Shown here one piece after another: positions 37,797 through 52,522 of a DNA stretch of 60,000 bases. The DNA is from Schmidtea polychroa. Taxonomy: Eukaryota. Position numbers and translations under genes: made by a program. A model generated the notes under the pieces. That model had not been told where the DNA came from and searched no databases. It worked only from the letters and a program-made list of their open reading frames with translations. The stretch lies in assembly GCA_044892525.1 (NCBI GenBank), contig CM097885.1, positions 37,698,001 through 37,758,000 on the forward strand, in the 5' to 3' direction. How positions within the stretch are numbered: position 1 is the first letter of the stretch; every line of letters starts with the position of its first letter.

Positions 37797-40700
37797 TCAA
37801 CAATAATATCAACAACAATAATAATAATAATATCAACAACAATAATAATAATAATAATAATAATAATAAGAGTAATAATAATATCAACAATAATAATAAT
37901 AATAATAATATCACCAACAATAATACTAACAGCACCAATAATAATAATAATGATATAAACGAAATAAATAATCTAAAAGATCAAGTAAATAAATTAAATG
38001 AACAAATAAATAATCTAATTAATATGAATAAAAGAAAAAATAATGAAAAAATAAATTCAATACCAAGTAAAAAATCTAAAGTTATTGATGTAATCACAAT
38101 AAGTGATGATGATGAAATAATCAACATAAGTGATGAGGAAATTGATAATAATAATAATAATAATAGTAGTAGTAGTAATATTTATTATAATAATCGTATT
38201 AATAATACTAATCAAATAGGTTATGGTGTCGTAGATGTCACCAGTGATTTAAATAATAATCATATTATATTAAAAATGGACGTTTCGTCTTTAGATTTAA
38301 AAACGGTCTCTGTACCAGAAATTTTAATAAATAAATTAAATTTATATGTAAATAAATTAAAATCATGTAAAATTCAATTTTGTCTAAAGGTGGAATTTAT
38401 AAAAGATGATGAGTTACAATCTTTTGTAATCTCGAATTCCGCCCGAGTTTGGAGCGATACATTCATTGACGAAGGTATTGCTCGTTTAAATGAAAAAATA
38501 ATTAAAATTAATGAGAAAGGTAGTAATTGGACTATCAATAAAATAGAATACATAAGCTTTGTTCTTACTAAATTTGCTGAAATAAGTCGATTAAGTGGTA
38601 GAAGTTTTATTGAAACCCCAAAATCTTTAAGAAACTTAAGCTGTCTCATTAATGTAGTTAATAATGACCACTTCTGCTTTTTGTATAGTTTCTTGTCAAT
38701 TATTAAATATGACTGTATAAATAGGCAATATAGAAATCGCCCTAATTCCTACAATCTTTCTGAAATTAAATTTGATCCTAATGATATGCCGATGAAACTA
38801 TCAAATATAAGTAAATTTGAACAACAAAATCCAGGTTATAGTATAAATGTTCTTACTTATAACGAAAAGGCTTTGATTGACATTTCCGATGAAGATGCAG
38901 TTATGAAACATCCCTTTATTGATATAATATACAGAAGTAAGATAGTAGGAGTCATACCTATCAATTTATTATTAATCGAAAAGAATGATAATTATCATTA
39001 TCTTGGAATCACAAACCTAAATAGATTCCTTAATTGTAGGAATAGTTCAATCACTCCTGTAAGGATTTGTAATCAGTGGTGCCCTAGATGTTTAAACGGT
39101 TTTAGAAATGATGACGCTTTTAATAGACATAAGGGTCTTTGCGATAAAAATCAGCTTGGTACTACCTTGTACACATTGCCTAAAAATAAATATTTAGAAT
39201 TTACTGATTGGAGTAAAACAGTCACTCCTCCCTTTGTTATTTACGCTGACTTTGAGGCTATCTTACCTAAAGACACTCGCTACTTTCAACGTCATTTGCC
39301 TATTTCTGCCGGTATGCTTTTTATTAATAATTTTACGGGCGTAAAACTTTATAAGTCGTTCACCGGTTTAGATTGTGTCGATCAATTTCTTACTGAAATT
39401 GAAATGATAGGGAAATATATTGTAACTCCTTATTATTATAAAAATTATCAAAAGAAAATGATAATTACAGATGAGCAACAATTAATGTTTGAAAACAGCA
39501 CATCATGTTATTTGTGCAATAAGCCTTTAGTTAGTCCAGTTAGGGACCATGATCATTTTACCGGTCTATATCTTGGTGCCGCTTGTACAACTTGTAATCT
39601 GTCGAGGCAAATTAGACATACCCTTCCTGTAGTATTCCATAATTTAAAGGGTTATGATCTGCATCATATCTTGAAATTTGGCCTTTCAAAATATCATTCA
39701 TGGAATATTAGTTGTATTCCTTTAACCAGCGAGAAATTCCTTAGTCTTTTTGCTAGGATTGACTCATTAACTGTTAAATTTATAGACTCTTATCAATTTG
39801 TCAGCGAGTCTTTAAATAATACTGTCAAAACTTTATCATCTTTACCCTTAACCGAATCAGAATTTCAGGGTACAATAATAACTGCAAAGGGGATTTTTCC
39901 TTATGATGCCGCAACTTCATTAGAGGTTTTACATAACACTCATCAGTTACCACCTATTTGGAAAGATGTGACTCCCGCTGAATATGAGACAGCTCAGCGA
40001 ATTTGGGTTGAAACTTCATGTACTTCACTTTTCGATTACATGATGGTTTATTTAAAACTTGATGTTTTCCTTTTAGCCGATTTTTTCCAGCAATTTAGAG
40101 CTAAGTCCATTGCTCATAACCGACTAGAGCCATTAAATTTCTTAGGGATTCCAGGTATGTCTTGGAATTCAGCCTTATTAACTTTAAACTCTCCAATTGA
40201 GCTCCTCACCAATATGGAGATGTATAACTTTTTCGAGGGCGGTATCCGTGGCGGACTAACTTTTGTAAATAAACATTATGTAAAAACAGACCCGGATACC
40301 GCTTTGCTTTACATAGATATAAATAATTTATACGGTTGGGCTTTAAGTCAACCATTACCTTGCAGTGACTTTGAATAGGTTACTGATGATAATTTATTAA
40401 ATAATATAATTGTTGAATGCACAACGGTAGATTTAGATCTGCTTGATTATGGTTATACCATAGAAGTGGATTTAGAAATACCGACGTCAATTCACGACAA
40501 ACTGGACGATCTTCCCGTTGCCGCTGAAAAGATGTGTGTACCGGGTTCGAAAATAGAGAAGCTGTTGCTTACACACAGCCCCAAGAGGAACTACGTTCTT
40601 CATTGGAGGCTTCTACAAATATTTATTAAATTAGGTGTTAAAATATCAAAAACACATAGAGCAATTAAATTTAAACAAGATAAAATTTTCAAAAATTATA

Positions 40701-41638
40701 TTAACACAAATACGGCGTTACGAGCAGCGTCGACAAATAAACTCGATAAAAATTTTTATAAATTATTAAACAACAGTTTTTACGGCAAGACTGTTGAAAA
40801 TCTTAAAAAACGTATTAATTTACGTCTGTGTAATTCTTCACAGAGATTATTAACATTCTGTTCGAAACCGACTTTTCGTAAATCCACGAAAATCGATGAT
40901 GACTTGATTTCGGTTTTATTGAGGAAGGACATAGTGTGTTTGAATAGACCTAGTTACATTGGTCAAACCGTACTTGATTTATCCAAACTTCGCATGTACC
41001 AGCTGCAGTATGAAGAGTTGCAAAAATATCGCGACGAATTCAACTGCGAAATTAATATCGTTGCTGGAGACACAGATTCCTTCTTCTTGGAAATTAAACA
41101 TTGTAGTCTTGACATTCTTTTACCTGCGATGATTAGAGATCAATTATTAGATACTTCGAATTATGACCCAAATCATCCTTTATATAGAAGGAACCTTGAT
41201 TCTGTCATTGGTAAATTCAAAGACGAGAATAAAGGGTTATTATATAAAGATTGGGTGTTCTTGAGACCTAAATGTTACAGTTTGATGGGTGATGAGGAAA
41301 GTATGAAGGCTAAGGGGATAAGTATGAAAGATACTGGACTAACACACCAGTCGTATCTAGATTGTTATTTAAATGATAAAATATACACAGTCCCTCAGTT
41401 TAGAATAACGTCAAAAAATCACCAACTTTTTAATATTAAAAATAATAAAAGAGCCTTGACATGTAGAGATGATAAGCGAAATTGGGTGGATAAAAATCAA
41501 AGTTTGGCATATGGCCATTATAGGGGCGGTGACACCGTTATATTTATAGATTCAACGGAAGCTATCTCAGCAGATGATACAGATGATTTCCATGATCCAG
41601 CAGATGATAATTATTTTGGACATGATTATTTTCGATGA
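36761..41638 (+). pseudogene. Protein-primed family B DNA polymerase, 4 exons (36761-36815, 36863-36919, 36966-37025, 37509-41638), one nonsense codon
   Basis: Three phase-1 GT-AG introns join in frame (1433 aa with read-through). Motifs YADFE, HNLKGYD, KGIFPY, YIDINNLYG, KLLNNSFYGK, GDTDS, KAKG. OTU-like DHFCF...HY and EndoVII-like RDHDHFTG. TAG at 40376-40378 replaces the Trp of DFEW. Confidence 0.93.
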
Positions 41639-41915
41639 TGTGTTTAAATTATTTAATAAATGTATTAGTCATATTGTCTTGAATATTTTTTAACTTTGTG
41701 AACAATTTTTATACATTGTGTGTAATAATAATAATATGTTAAAGTTTTGTTAGTTACCTTTACCCAGTGTGTTAATAAATTTTAGTGTATATTTAAAGTA
41801 TAATTTCTTTGTTAATGTCTTGAATATTTTTTAGCAGTACATTTGTGACCTTTACCTTTGTGACCTTTGTGAGCAGTACCCATAATAATAATATTAATAA
41901 TAATAATAATAATAA

Positions 41916-42593
<678 letters not shown>

Positions 42594-42661
42594 TTTGATG
42601 TATCCAATCAAACAGTTTTCTATGCCGATTCAAAGAACTTGGATATGGTGGTAAGCAAGTC

Positions 42662-43001
42662 AAAAATTTATGATATAAAAATGATTTAAAAACGATTAAA
42701 AAATTTAATGATATAAAAATGATTTAAAAATGATTAAAATGATTTAAAATGATTTAAAAACGATTAAAATATTTATGATATAAAAATGATTTAAAAACGA
42801 TTAAAATATTTATGATATAAAAATGATTTAAAAACGATTAAAAAATTTATTATATAAAAATGATTTAAAAACGATTAAAAAATTTATGATATAAAAATGA
42901 TTTAAAAACGATTAAAAAATTTATGATATAAAAATGATTTAAAAACGATTAAAAAATTTATGATATAAAAATGATTTAAAAACGATTAAAAAATTTATGA
43001 T
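42662..43001. repeat. 37-bp AT-rich minisatellite, about 9 units
   Basis: Unit AAAAAATTTATGATATAAAAATGATTTAAAAACGATT repeated in tandem. Confidence 0.9.
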
Positions 43002-46000
43002 AAGCGAGAATTATGAGCACTCCCTAGAACCAAAAAATTATCAAGACGAATTACATGCTTGCCAAAGGAATTATTATATTAGGTCTTGTAGTTTTTCAAA
43101 ACCATTAAAATATATGATTGATGTCTTATGCATTTTTAGTTTATCTTTTATTTTTCCCAAAGTTTTATATTTTTGAGTCCTATTCCGAAATTTAATTAAA
43201 GTCACCTATTCTTCCCCCGTCAAATAACCCCGCATTAAAATTTTAGGAGAATACATCGAAAATTGTCTTTTTTCCAGTAATTCAATATTTTCCCATCTAG
43301 TCTTTTTTATCGTTCTCCCAACTAATGAAAATTCACTGGTTTGTTTTCCTATCTCTAAAATTCCATTAATTTCGTAATAAAATCAAAATAGACTAGTAAT
43401 TATCTTTCAGTTGATTTTTTTCCGAAAAAATAAAATTCAATAAAGGCAGAAAAAATTGAAATATTCTTGCAGAAAATAAATCAGAATAACTGGATATTTC
43501 AGTTCTGACAATTGCTGGTGAAATTACTTACCGAAATATTTCTGAAAATTTTTAAATTATTTCAATTTTTCATAAAATTAACACAGAAAATTTTCGATCT
43601 TTTTTTCACACTTATTATCTTCCTATAATAATTTTTAACTTTATCAAAAAAAAACTTTGTCAACAAAATTTATTTTTATTACAACAAAAAATTCAAAAAT
43701 TTAATTCGACGCAAAACAAATTTTCGACTTTACTTTTATCAAGCCTTATTTTAGAAAAATAACACTTAAATTTTGATTTTTAGTCAAAATGAAAATAAAT
43801 GAAATATCATAGAAAAAACGATCAAAGGTTACCAAAATTATAAAAAAAATGAATGATAATTCCAACAAGTCTTTTTTTGCAGAATTGATATTAAAGTGAG
43901 TCAGTGAGCCCATAACTTGTGAGTGTCAAAGATTATTGATACTGTGTTTAAAATCATATTTTAACCACCTTCTCGTCGAGATGTGAAAATATTTTCTACA
44001 GAAAAATTAAAATTTCTTAGAAACCTTGGCACTATAGCACAACAAAAGATGACTCAAAACTATTGCTCTTCATAAATTTGACAATCTTATCCTGAAAATT
44101 TAAAAATTCTTTGGTCACAAAAGTTGTAAGTCTTTAATTTCTATATATTTTGAAAAACTGTTTCTAGTCGAAAAACTTTAAATCTTTCTCGACAGATTCC
44201 TCAAAGAAATTCGTAAAAGGTGCCGTCAGAAAAAAATTATTTCATGATTAAATTTTGTAAAATTAAAAGTGAAGCATAAATTATTTGAAATATATTAGAA
44301 TTAAAATGGTTTAAAATTAAAATGAATATTTTAATTTTAATTTTGAAATAAAATAATTTTTAATAAAATTGCAATTCAATATGAATGTGGTATGTTGACG
44401 GTATGTTGATATTTGGTTCAAATTAAAATTTATTAAAAGAAAATGTCCCAAGAATATTTGTTTATATACACCAAACACCACTGAGATACATTCTCTATAG
44501 TGGTGGTTAGAGTGTAGAGCAATTGCTCACTCACCAATTTAATTAATTTCATTTATAAATTTCTCTTCATAAATGTACATGAATGTATTTTGGAAATTTA
44601 TTTTAGCCATTTACAAATGACTTTCAGGTAAGATGTTTAATTTTAAGTAAATTTTAATGCTTGAATTTTGAACTATATAGATATGAGATCATTATTTAAG
44701 TTCTTAAATACTACTTTTAAACAACAGTCTAATTATAAATTATTTTTAATTAATTTTCAGAGTTTTTTTTAGGAATTTTAAGACATTTATTTTTAATTAT
44801 TTTAGAATTATTTCGAAAAAATGTGAGTCAAATATATTTTTAATTATAATTAAATAAATCAATCAATCACCAAAAATAATTATTTTTCTAAAAAATTTGG
44901 GAAAAATCGCAGAATATAAATAAAATAATTTTTTTTAATTTTTGTAATTTTTTTTCTGAGCTCAATATGAGGGGCTTCTTTCAGGAAATCAAATCTGGAT
45001 TGAAAAGACATTGAACTAAATTCATCTGCTCTTGATAATTTCATTAAAAATATATTTTAAAAATTTTCAGCGATCTTTTTTCTAAAAATTGTCTAAAATA
45101 AAGTTATTATAGAAATGTATCTTAACGGTGCATTTCTATGAATCGAAAGTTTCTATGTGTATTTTAGTATAAGTTTTGCTTATGTGCAGTTTTTAATTTT
45201 TCTTCCACTTTTTAGATTTCTACACCCGTTGGCGAAAGTTAACATTGTCTATAATATACGTTAGTGTGGACACCAGTTGAGGTGAGTCACCAATTATATG
45301 ACAATGTTAACTTAATTTTATTTATTCAATTTTTCAAAAATCGTTAAGTTTTTAAATTAAAGTAATTTTTAGGACTTGAATTTTGATTTTATATAATTAT
45401 GAGATCATTATTCAAGTTCTTAAATATTACTGTTAGTCATCATTTATAATATAACATTGATAATTAAATTTCAGGTGTTTATTTGATGACAAAAGAATTG
45501 AATGTTATAGATTCTAATTATTTTTATTATTATTATTTTATTATTATAAAAATAAACTTGACATTTTAGAATTTTTTATGATTTTTCAATTAACGTTTTT
45601 AATATCATGATAATGTCGGTATAACTTTAATTCAGTTCTGCAATCAAGCGACATTTATGCCGGCTTTGTAATATTAAATATTTGACGCCATTAAGAGTCA
45701 GACCTGAACGCGATAAAATGATAAATAAGTATTTCAATCTATTTTAAAAATGATAGATGAATAATTAAAACTCAATAATTTGTTTTAATTAACGAAATAT
45801 GTTTTAAAATATTTATTAAGTCTTGAAAATAAGTTCAAATATTTGTCTGAGTTCGATGAGGTAAACCAATGAAACAAAATGTTAAAAAAAGTCTTTACTT
45901 TTTAATAATTTTATAATAAATTTGCTTAATATTTTTTCCTTCCTCTTTGTGCATTTCATGAAAAAAAATGTTTTTTCTACTCCTTACCCAAATTGAGTTT

Positions 46001-46042
46001 TGAAACAAAGACTTTTCAATGAAGGAATCTACGCTTCTTCTG

Positions 46043-46086
46043 CGTAGTATTGATGAGAACCAAAAGCTCGAAACCAGTTTACTGAT
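46043..46086 (+). ncRNA. Degenerate hammerhead ribozyme, copy 3
   Basis: GTAGTA-TTGATGA-GAAC caaaa GCTC-GAA-ACCAGT-T-TACT, followed by a family-like GGGA...TGGGTATAACAAGC tail. Confidence 0.6.
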
Positions 46087-47125
46087 GGGACCTTCTTGGG
46101 TATAACAAGCATTTGCTTTTCACTTTTAATAAAACACCAGGCATCCGAAAAATACTACACTTCTATGTTATTTCTTTATAACTTGTTAATTTTTCCAATT
46201 AATTTTCTATTATTTAATTGAAAATATTTAAACAAAATTATTTTGAAAGATTAATTAAAAATTGAAGATAATTTAAACAAACTGAAACAATTCGAAATTG
46301 TATTTTTTTTTTGATGAATTTTACAAAAAGAAATTTTAATTTGTTATTAGCATTTCAACTTTTCTCTGGAAAAAAATGTTTTTTGTCGGTTTTGTTTAAA
46401 TCTCACAAAACGAAATCTGAAAAAAATCTTATTTCACCCTCATCATCCTCATCATCATCATTATCACATTTTTCAATGCATTTCAAAAAATTAACAGATG
46501 TAAAAAAGGCTGAAACAAAACTTCTGTTAGAAATAATTAAACAAATATTTAAATGAGCTCGAAACAAAACAGAGAGAATTTAACAACAAATGATTGATGA
46601 GAGTTAAACAAATTCATTTTGGAAATTACTGATGATGAATTTGAATTAAATTATTTTAGTAATTGTTTTTATTAATTGAAAGTTAATCTATTTTGTGATT
46701 GGTTGTTAATAGAAATTAAATTGAAAATTGGAATTAATTTTGAATTTACTTTTTTCTGTATACATGGGGCGATTTGAAAACTTCTGAGAGTTTTCTTTTA
46801 TAATAAGAGTAATATTTATAAATAAAAAATTAATGAAATAAATTATAAATTTAATTTTCAGTCAATGATTTTATTTTTGAAAAATAATGAAAAATAACAT
46901 TTTACGAAAAGTCTTCTTCTTTTTAAAATTCATTCATTATCAAGCACAAAATTTTTTTGGCACATTATTTTTTCGTTTGTCTACATAATAATAATTTCAT
47001 TTTACTATAAACATAAATAAATTCAGACTTCAATTCCTAACAATTCATTGTATCTCTCCAATTTTCCTTTGACATTATTGTACTCTTTTAATAATTCTTT
47101 AACTTTAACTTGATTTTATAATATG

Positions 47126-48162
47126 TGTTGAGGATACCTAAATGAAAAATAACATAATAAATAAATAAATTACCTGGGGAAGATCGTCATGACAAACAGG
47201 ATGATCTATGGGAACTCAGAAAAGAAAACGGAAGTAAAAAGAAATTAAAAATGAGAAAGATAAATCAAAGAAAACAAAACAAACAAGAAATTAAAACAAA
47301 GGTCATTATTAATTAGGAAGTACAAATGAAGGTGGAATTTCAAATTCCAGAAAAACAAAAAATGGGAAAAAGCCGTATTTTGACAGCTTGCAAAGATAGC
47401 GGAATTGCCGGGAGAAGGCGGCTTAACAAAAAAGGGAAAAGGTAAAATATCTCGACATCTGTCAGAGATAAGGCTGACGTAGCAGGGAACACAGAAGAAA
47501 ATGAAAATGGGAAAACAGAATCTGTCGCCAGTACTACAAATAAAATAACTATATAAAGGGAAACTGGTGGACACAAATTCAGATGATTTCAGAGACAATT
47601 TTAGAGACGATTTCAGAGATGATTTCAGAGACGATTAGAGAGACAATTTGAGAGACGATTTGAGAGACAATTTGAGGGACAATTTGAGAGACAATTCGAG
47701 AGACAAAAATTAGAGACGATTTGAAAGACAAGAGCAGAGACAAATTTGGGAGACAAACTCGTGAGATAAAATTATTGGAAAAAATTAGACAACGTCGGAC
47801 GAAAAGTTGTTGGAGAAACTATTTGTGAAAAATAATTGTAAAGAAAACGATTGTGAAGAATAATTATTGGAGAAAATTTGAAGAAAAGAATTAGTTGAAA
47901 ATCTTAAACGAGAAGAAGTTACTTGAGTATTTGAATAAAGTTGTGAAGAAGGTCAAAGAAAACAACCAACCTCACTGAGTGTTGTAATAAGCATTGTATA
48001 GTCACCAAGCCCGAGTGTTGAATTGATTGTCAGTGTAAAGTAAAAATTTATTTGTGATTATCAATAAAGATTTCTGCTGTCAAGTGTTATTTGTGGATCG
48101 GTCAAAGACACGCTTGGAGTCAGAGTAACATTTCATTTTATCATCAACTCAATTACCCAACA
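47126..48162 (+). mobile_element. Solo LTR (Gypsy-like)
   Basis: TGTTG...CAACA termini, 4-bp TSD TATG, internal 12-bp GAGACAATTTGA-type tandem repeats. Homologous to 50774-51595. Confidence 0.85.
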
Positions 48163-48714
48163 TATGGAATATATTTTCTCTTAATTGAGTATTCAAAGTT
48201 TAAAATCTATTTCTCTAATAACATGATTTATGCTAACGTCTGTTGAGTGATAAGATTTGAGTAATTTAAATTTTGTAAATTAAGACTTTCTTCTGTTTTA
48301 TTTGAGGTTTGATATCATAGTCATAGCGATATAAATAAAGACTAGTAACAGATTTATATACAGGCCTAGCTCGAAAGTGTGTTCGAAGTATTGACTTCCG
48401 AAAATGAAAAGGTGCCTACAATACAATATGAAATTTAAATTTTAACAAAAAGAGTTTTTTTATTTAATTTTTTAACATAATTATTTCATTTATTTTGGAA
48501 ATGAAAACGCGCTTCCAAAAAAATTATATAAAATTATTTTTTAAAAAAATTTGAAATTTATTACTGTTAATTTTTATTTTCAAACTTTGGAAAATGTGAA
48601 TTTGAATTATAATTGAAAAAAAATTAGAAATTAATTATTGAAAATTATTTATTATATAATATAAGACCATAGAAAATAGTGCCAGGTTTTTGCTTCTATA
48701 TAGTCTTATAGTAA

Positions 48715-48833
<119 letters not shown>

Positions 48834-49318
48834 AAATAAATAAATAATATATATTTATATCATAATGAATTCTGCTGCTGATATTCCCGGTTCATTGTCA
48901 TTATTAAAACTCATTATTATAAACTCGTATAATAATCTTCGCTCAAAATTTGTTTGATCATTAATTTCAAGCATCAGGAATTTATAAGTAATTGAATAAA
49001 ATAATATTTATTAAGAATATATTTATTAATTGAATTAACAATTTCAAACAATTTATAATTATATTTAATTGTTCTTAATTTTATTATTAATGAATATTAA
49101 TATTTCTATTTTTCAAATATCAACAAATTTAATGTGAAACTATTTAAGCTTTTGATTGTTTTAATCACTACATTTTGGATCGCGTAGCAATATTTGAACA
49201 AAAATGTCTTTATTTTTGGTTTTTGTAAAGGTTATTTTGTTATATGACCTCTCTCCCTTATAGCAAATGTCAATGTAAAATTCTGACTGTAGATAGGCGG
49301 TATTTGATCTCAGGCTTT

Positions 49319-49361
<43 letters not shown>

Positions 49362-49365
<4 letters not shown>

Positions 49366-50531
49366 GGGAAAATTACCAAGAAGAGGAATAGGTCAAAGAG
49401 TGGATATTAAAACTTATAAAAGTTTGTCGAAAGGTTTCAACAACATCTATTAAGTTAAATGCAAAATAAGTAGCAGAGAAATATGAAATATGTGATTTTA
49501 GAGAAAGTGATAGGTGGTGTAATAGGTTTTAGCACTGAAATTGATTTTCTGTCTTAGCAGTCACTTCGAATGGTCAAAACCTGCCTTCAGATTGGAAAGA
49601 AAGATCCACATTATTTTAATTATATTTAAAATATAAAAAAAAGGTACCAATTATTAACAAATAGGAAATATGGATGAAGCTCCTATGTATTCTAAATGCC
49701 CGGAAACTTCACTGTTGAGAAGAAAAGTACGGAAGATACCAAAATCAACATCACTAGTGGTGAGAAATGCATATTTACAATTCTGCTTAGTGTCACTGTT
49801 GACGGTGGAAAACTACCTTCTATGGTAATATTTAAAAGGAAAACTATACTAAGGGAAAATTTTCCAAAAGGTATATTTATTCAAGCAAATGAGAAAGGAT
49901 GGATGGATGACCGAATGTGTAGTGTGTGGTTAGAAGAGATTTGGCGAAAGAGATCTGGTTCATTGTATTTAAAACTAAAAATCTATCCTAATTTTTGACT
50001 CTGCTCCTTTGCATTTAACGGAAGCCTCTAAAATGCATGCTACGAACAGTTCAAAAATTTCTTTAATTCCTGGTGGATTGACAAAAGTACTACAGCATTT
50101 CAGTTAATAAAATTTTTAAATCAAAAATTAGAAATGAACGGGAGGGTTCGATGGTTAGTGGATTTCTTACATTCACAAAGGGTGCCAAAATACTCAAACA
50201 ACCATTTTCTTTTGTTTGTGAAGGGATAGACAAGGCATAGTAATCAATTACACTAGACTGTATTTATAGCGGATTTAGAAATGTTAAGGTTGTTGAAAAC
50301 ATTGATACAGTTGAAACAACTCAGAATCAGAACTCAGTGAGTTAACCGGTGAAGAAGATGCACCCGAGTTATTAGAGGCTTTTTTATGGCTGTTGAATTC
50401 CTTCGAGTTCGAATCAGAAAATGAAGGCCATTTTAGACTTGACTCAAATAGCTACAGTTGGAGAATATTTTTTTAAGAATTTATCTTTCATCATTATATA
50501 TTACGTGCGTTATACAGAGAAGTTTAGGGTA
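49362..50531 (+). pseudogene. pogo/Tigger DDE_1 transposase remnant
   Basis: IGNMDEAPM, GEKCIFTILLSVTVDGGKLPSMVIFK, NEKGWMD, IPGGLTKVLQ, with stops and frameshifts. Ends TTTAGGGTA. Confidence 0.85.
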
Positions 50532-50773
50532 AAAGTATTAAAATATTTCATTGATTGGGATATATGAAAATAAAAATTTTAATGTAAGCTTTAATTAAAT
50601 AATTTTTTAAACAAATGTTTATGAAATATTTTTCCAAATTAATTTTTAGTGTAAATTTTTATGAAATAAATTTTGTAAACAATAATAATAATAAATCGTC
50701 CAACCAGGTACTGGGACCAGATGCTAACAACAGATTATCAACAACTTGATACTAACATCTAAGTACATCAAAT

Positions 50774-51595
50774 TGTTGGGTTATTGAGTTGGTGATAAAT
50801 TTAAATGTTACTCTGACTCCAAACGTGTCTTTATACGATCCACAAATAACACGACAACAGAAATCTTTATTGATAATCACAAATAACTTTCACTTTACAC
50901 TGACAATAAATTCAACACTCTGCTCGGTGACTATAAAATGCTTATTACAACACTCAGTGAGGAATAGCACTTGCGTATAACACCGGATTAAAAGATCACA
51001 AATTAGTGATTGGTTTATCAACTGGGACTTTGAGCTGGTTGTTTTCTTTGACCTTCTTCACAACTTTATTCAAATACTCAAATAAGTTCTTTTCGTTTAA
51101 TTTCCCAGCTAATTCTCTTATTCAAATCTTCTCCAACAATTATTCTTCACAATCGTTTTCTTTACAATTCTTTTTCACAATCGTTTCTCCAACAACGTTT
51201 CGTCCGACGTCGTCTAATTTTTCTCCAATAATTTTATCTCTCAAATCGTCTCACAAATTGTCTCTCCCAAATTGTCTCACAAATTGTCTTAATTTATCGT
51301 CATTTTTCATCTTTAATTTTTGTCTCATTTTGTCTCTGCTTGTTTCTCTTTATATAGTTTGCTTATTTTGTGGCACTCAAGTGTTTTCCTTTTTTCCCGA
51401 TTCCAAAAGTCCTTTTCATTTTTGTACTAATTAATTAGTACTGACCTTGGTTTTTATTTTTATGTTTGATTTCTTTTGTTTTGTTTTCCGCTTTCTTTTT
51501 TGAATTCCCATAGATCGTCCCGTTCGTCATGGCGATCTTTCCCCAGGTAATTTATTTATTTATTATGTTATTTTCCATTTAGGTATCCTGAAACA
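50774..51595 (-). mobile_element. Solo LTR, same family as 47126-48162, inverted
   Basis: TGTTGGG...GAAACA. Reverse complement shares GGATACCTAAATG..AAATAACATAATAAATAAATAAATTACCTGGGGAAGATCG. Flanks AAAT/AACT. Confidence 0.8.
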
Positions 51596-52280
51596 AACTG
51601 AATATACCAAATTCCATTGAGATACATTTTTATAATATATGAAAAGAATCAATAACGTTATAATATTATTGCATATTTACTCACTCTGATGTTTTTTTCC
51701 AAGTTTATGATGACATACATTCACACTGCAGAAATTGAAAAGGTGAAAGCAAAAACATGTAATACATACAAATACAACTCATACTAAAAATGCATGCAAA
51801 CTTGCAATTGATATTTATGAGGTAATGAGAAATATTCCTATAATAACTTTATTTTAGACAATTTGTAGGAAATAAATGATGGCGAAAAAACTGAGTTTCC
51901 ATGAAAATGAGGAGATGTCATTGTAAGATTTATTTTAAAGTTCAAATTCCATTGGTTTTAGGTAGTTTGTCCATAAATGATTTGTTCACATGTGTTTTGA
52001 CCATAGTTTTATCACTAATTGGATTGTTTTAGTTATCAAAAGTTAGCAACGTTTCAAATATTAAGACTAAAGGTTTACCAGAAAATTACACTTATTCCTT
52101 CAAAGTGCATCCCGCGTATAAATGATAAAATCAAATCAAAACCTTAATATCGGGCAATTCTCCTCCAATCCAGTGATTCCCAAACATTTTTGGTTTCCAA
52201 TGTCCTTAATATATCAGATTTTTAGCGGCGTCCTAAATCAAAACATTGGTCTACCTAACTCAGTTGAAATTCTCAGTTAA

Positions 52281-52522
52281 CCCTTTCCAGCCCAAATTTT
52301 TTCAAAACAAAAAAAAATATATGCAGTAAGTAGGTACCAAAACTACTTATTTTATCATAAAAATACAAATTTACAAATTTAGTGAGATAAAAATTGTGCC
52401 AACTGTTAAAAACATATCTTACTATAGTTCTCACTAGTTACTGCCAACCGTTTTGGTAGTAGAGAGAAAAAAACTGAGTTTTTAACTAATGATTCCATTT
52501 GGAATCACTGGGCTGGAAAGGG
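52281..52522. mobile_element. piggyBac-type MITE
   Basis: TTAA-CCCTTTCCAGCCCA...TGGGCTGGAAAGGG-TTAA. Confidence 0.85.

Noticed and set aside
40466..41638. Separate second polymerase gene
   Set aside because: Same frame as 37511..40378, separated only by one TAG at a conserved Trp position.
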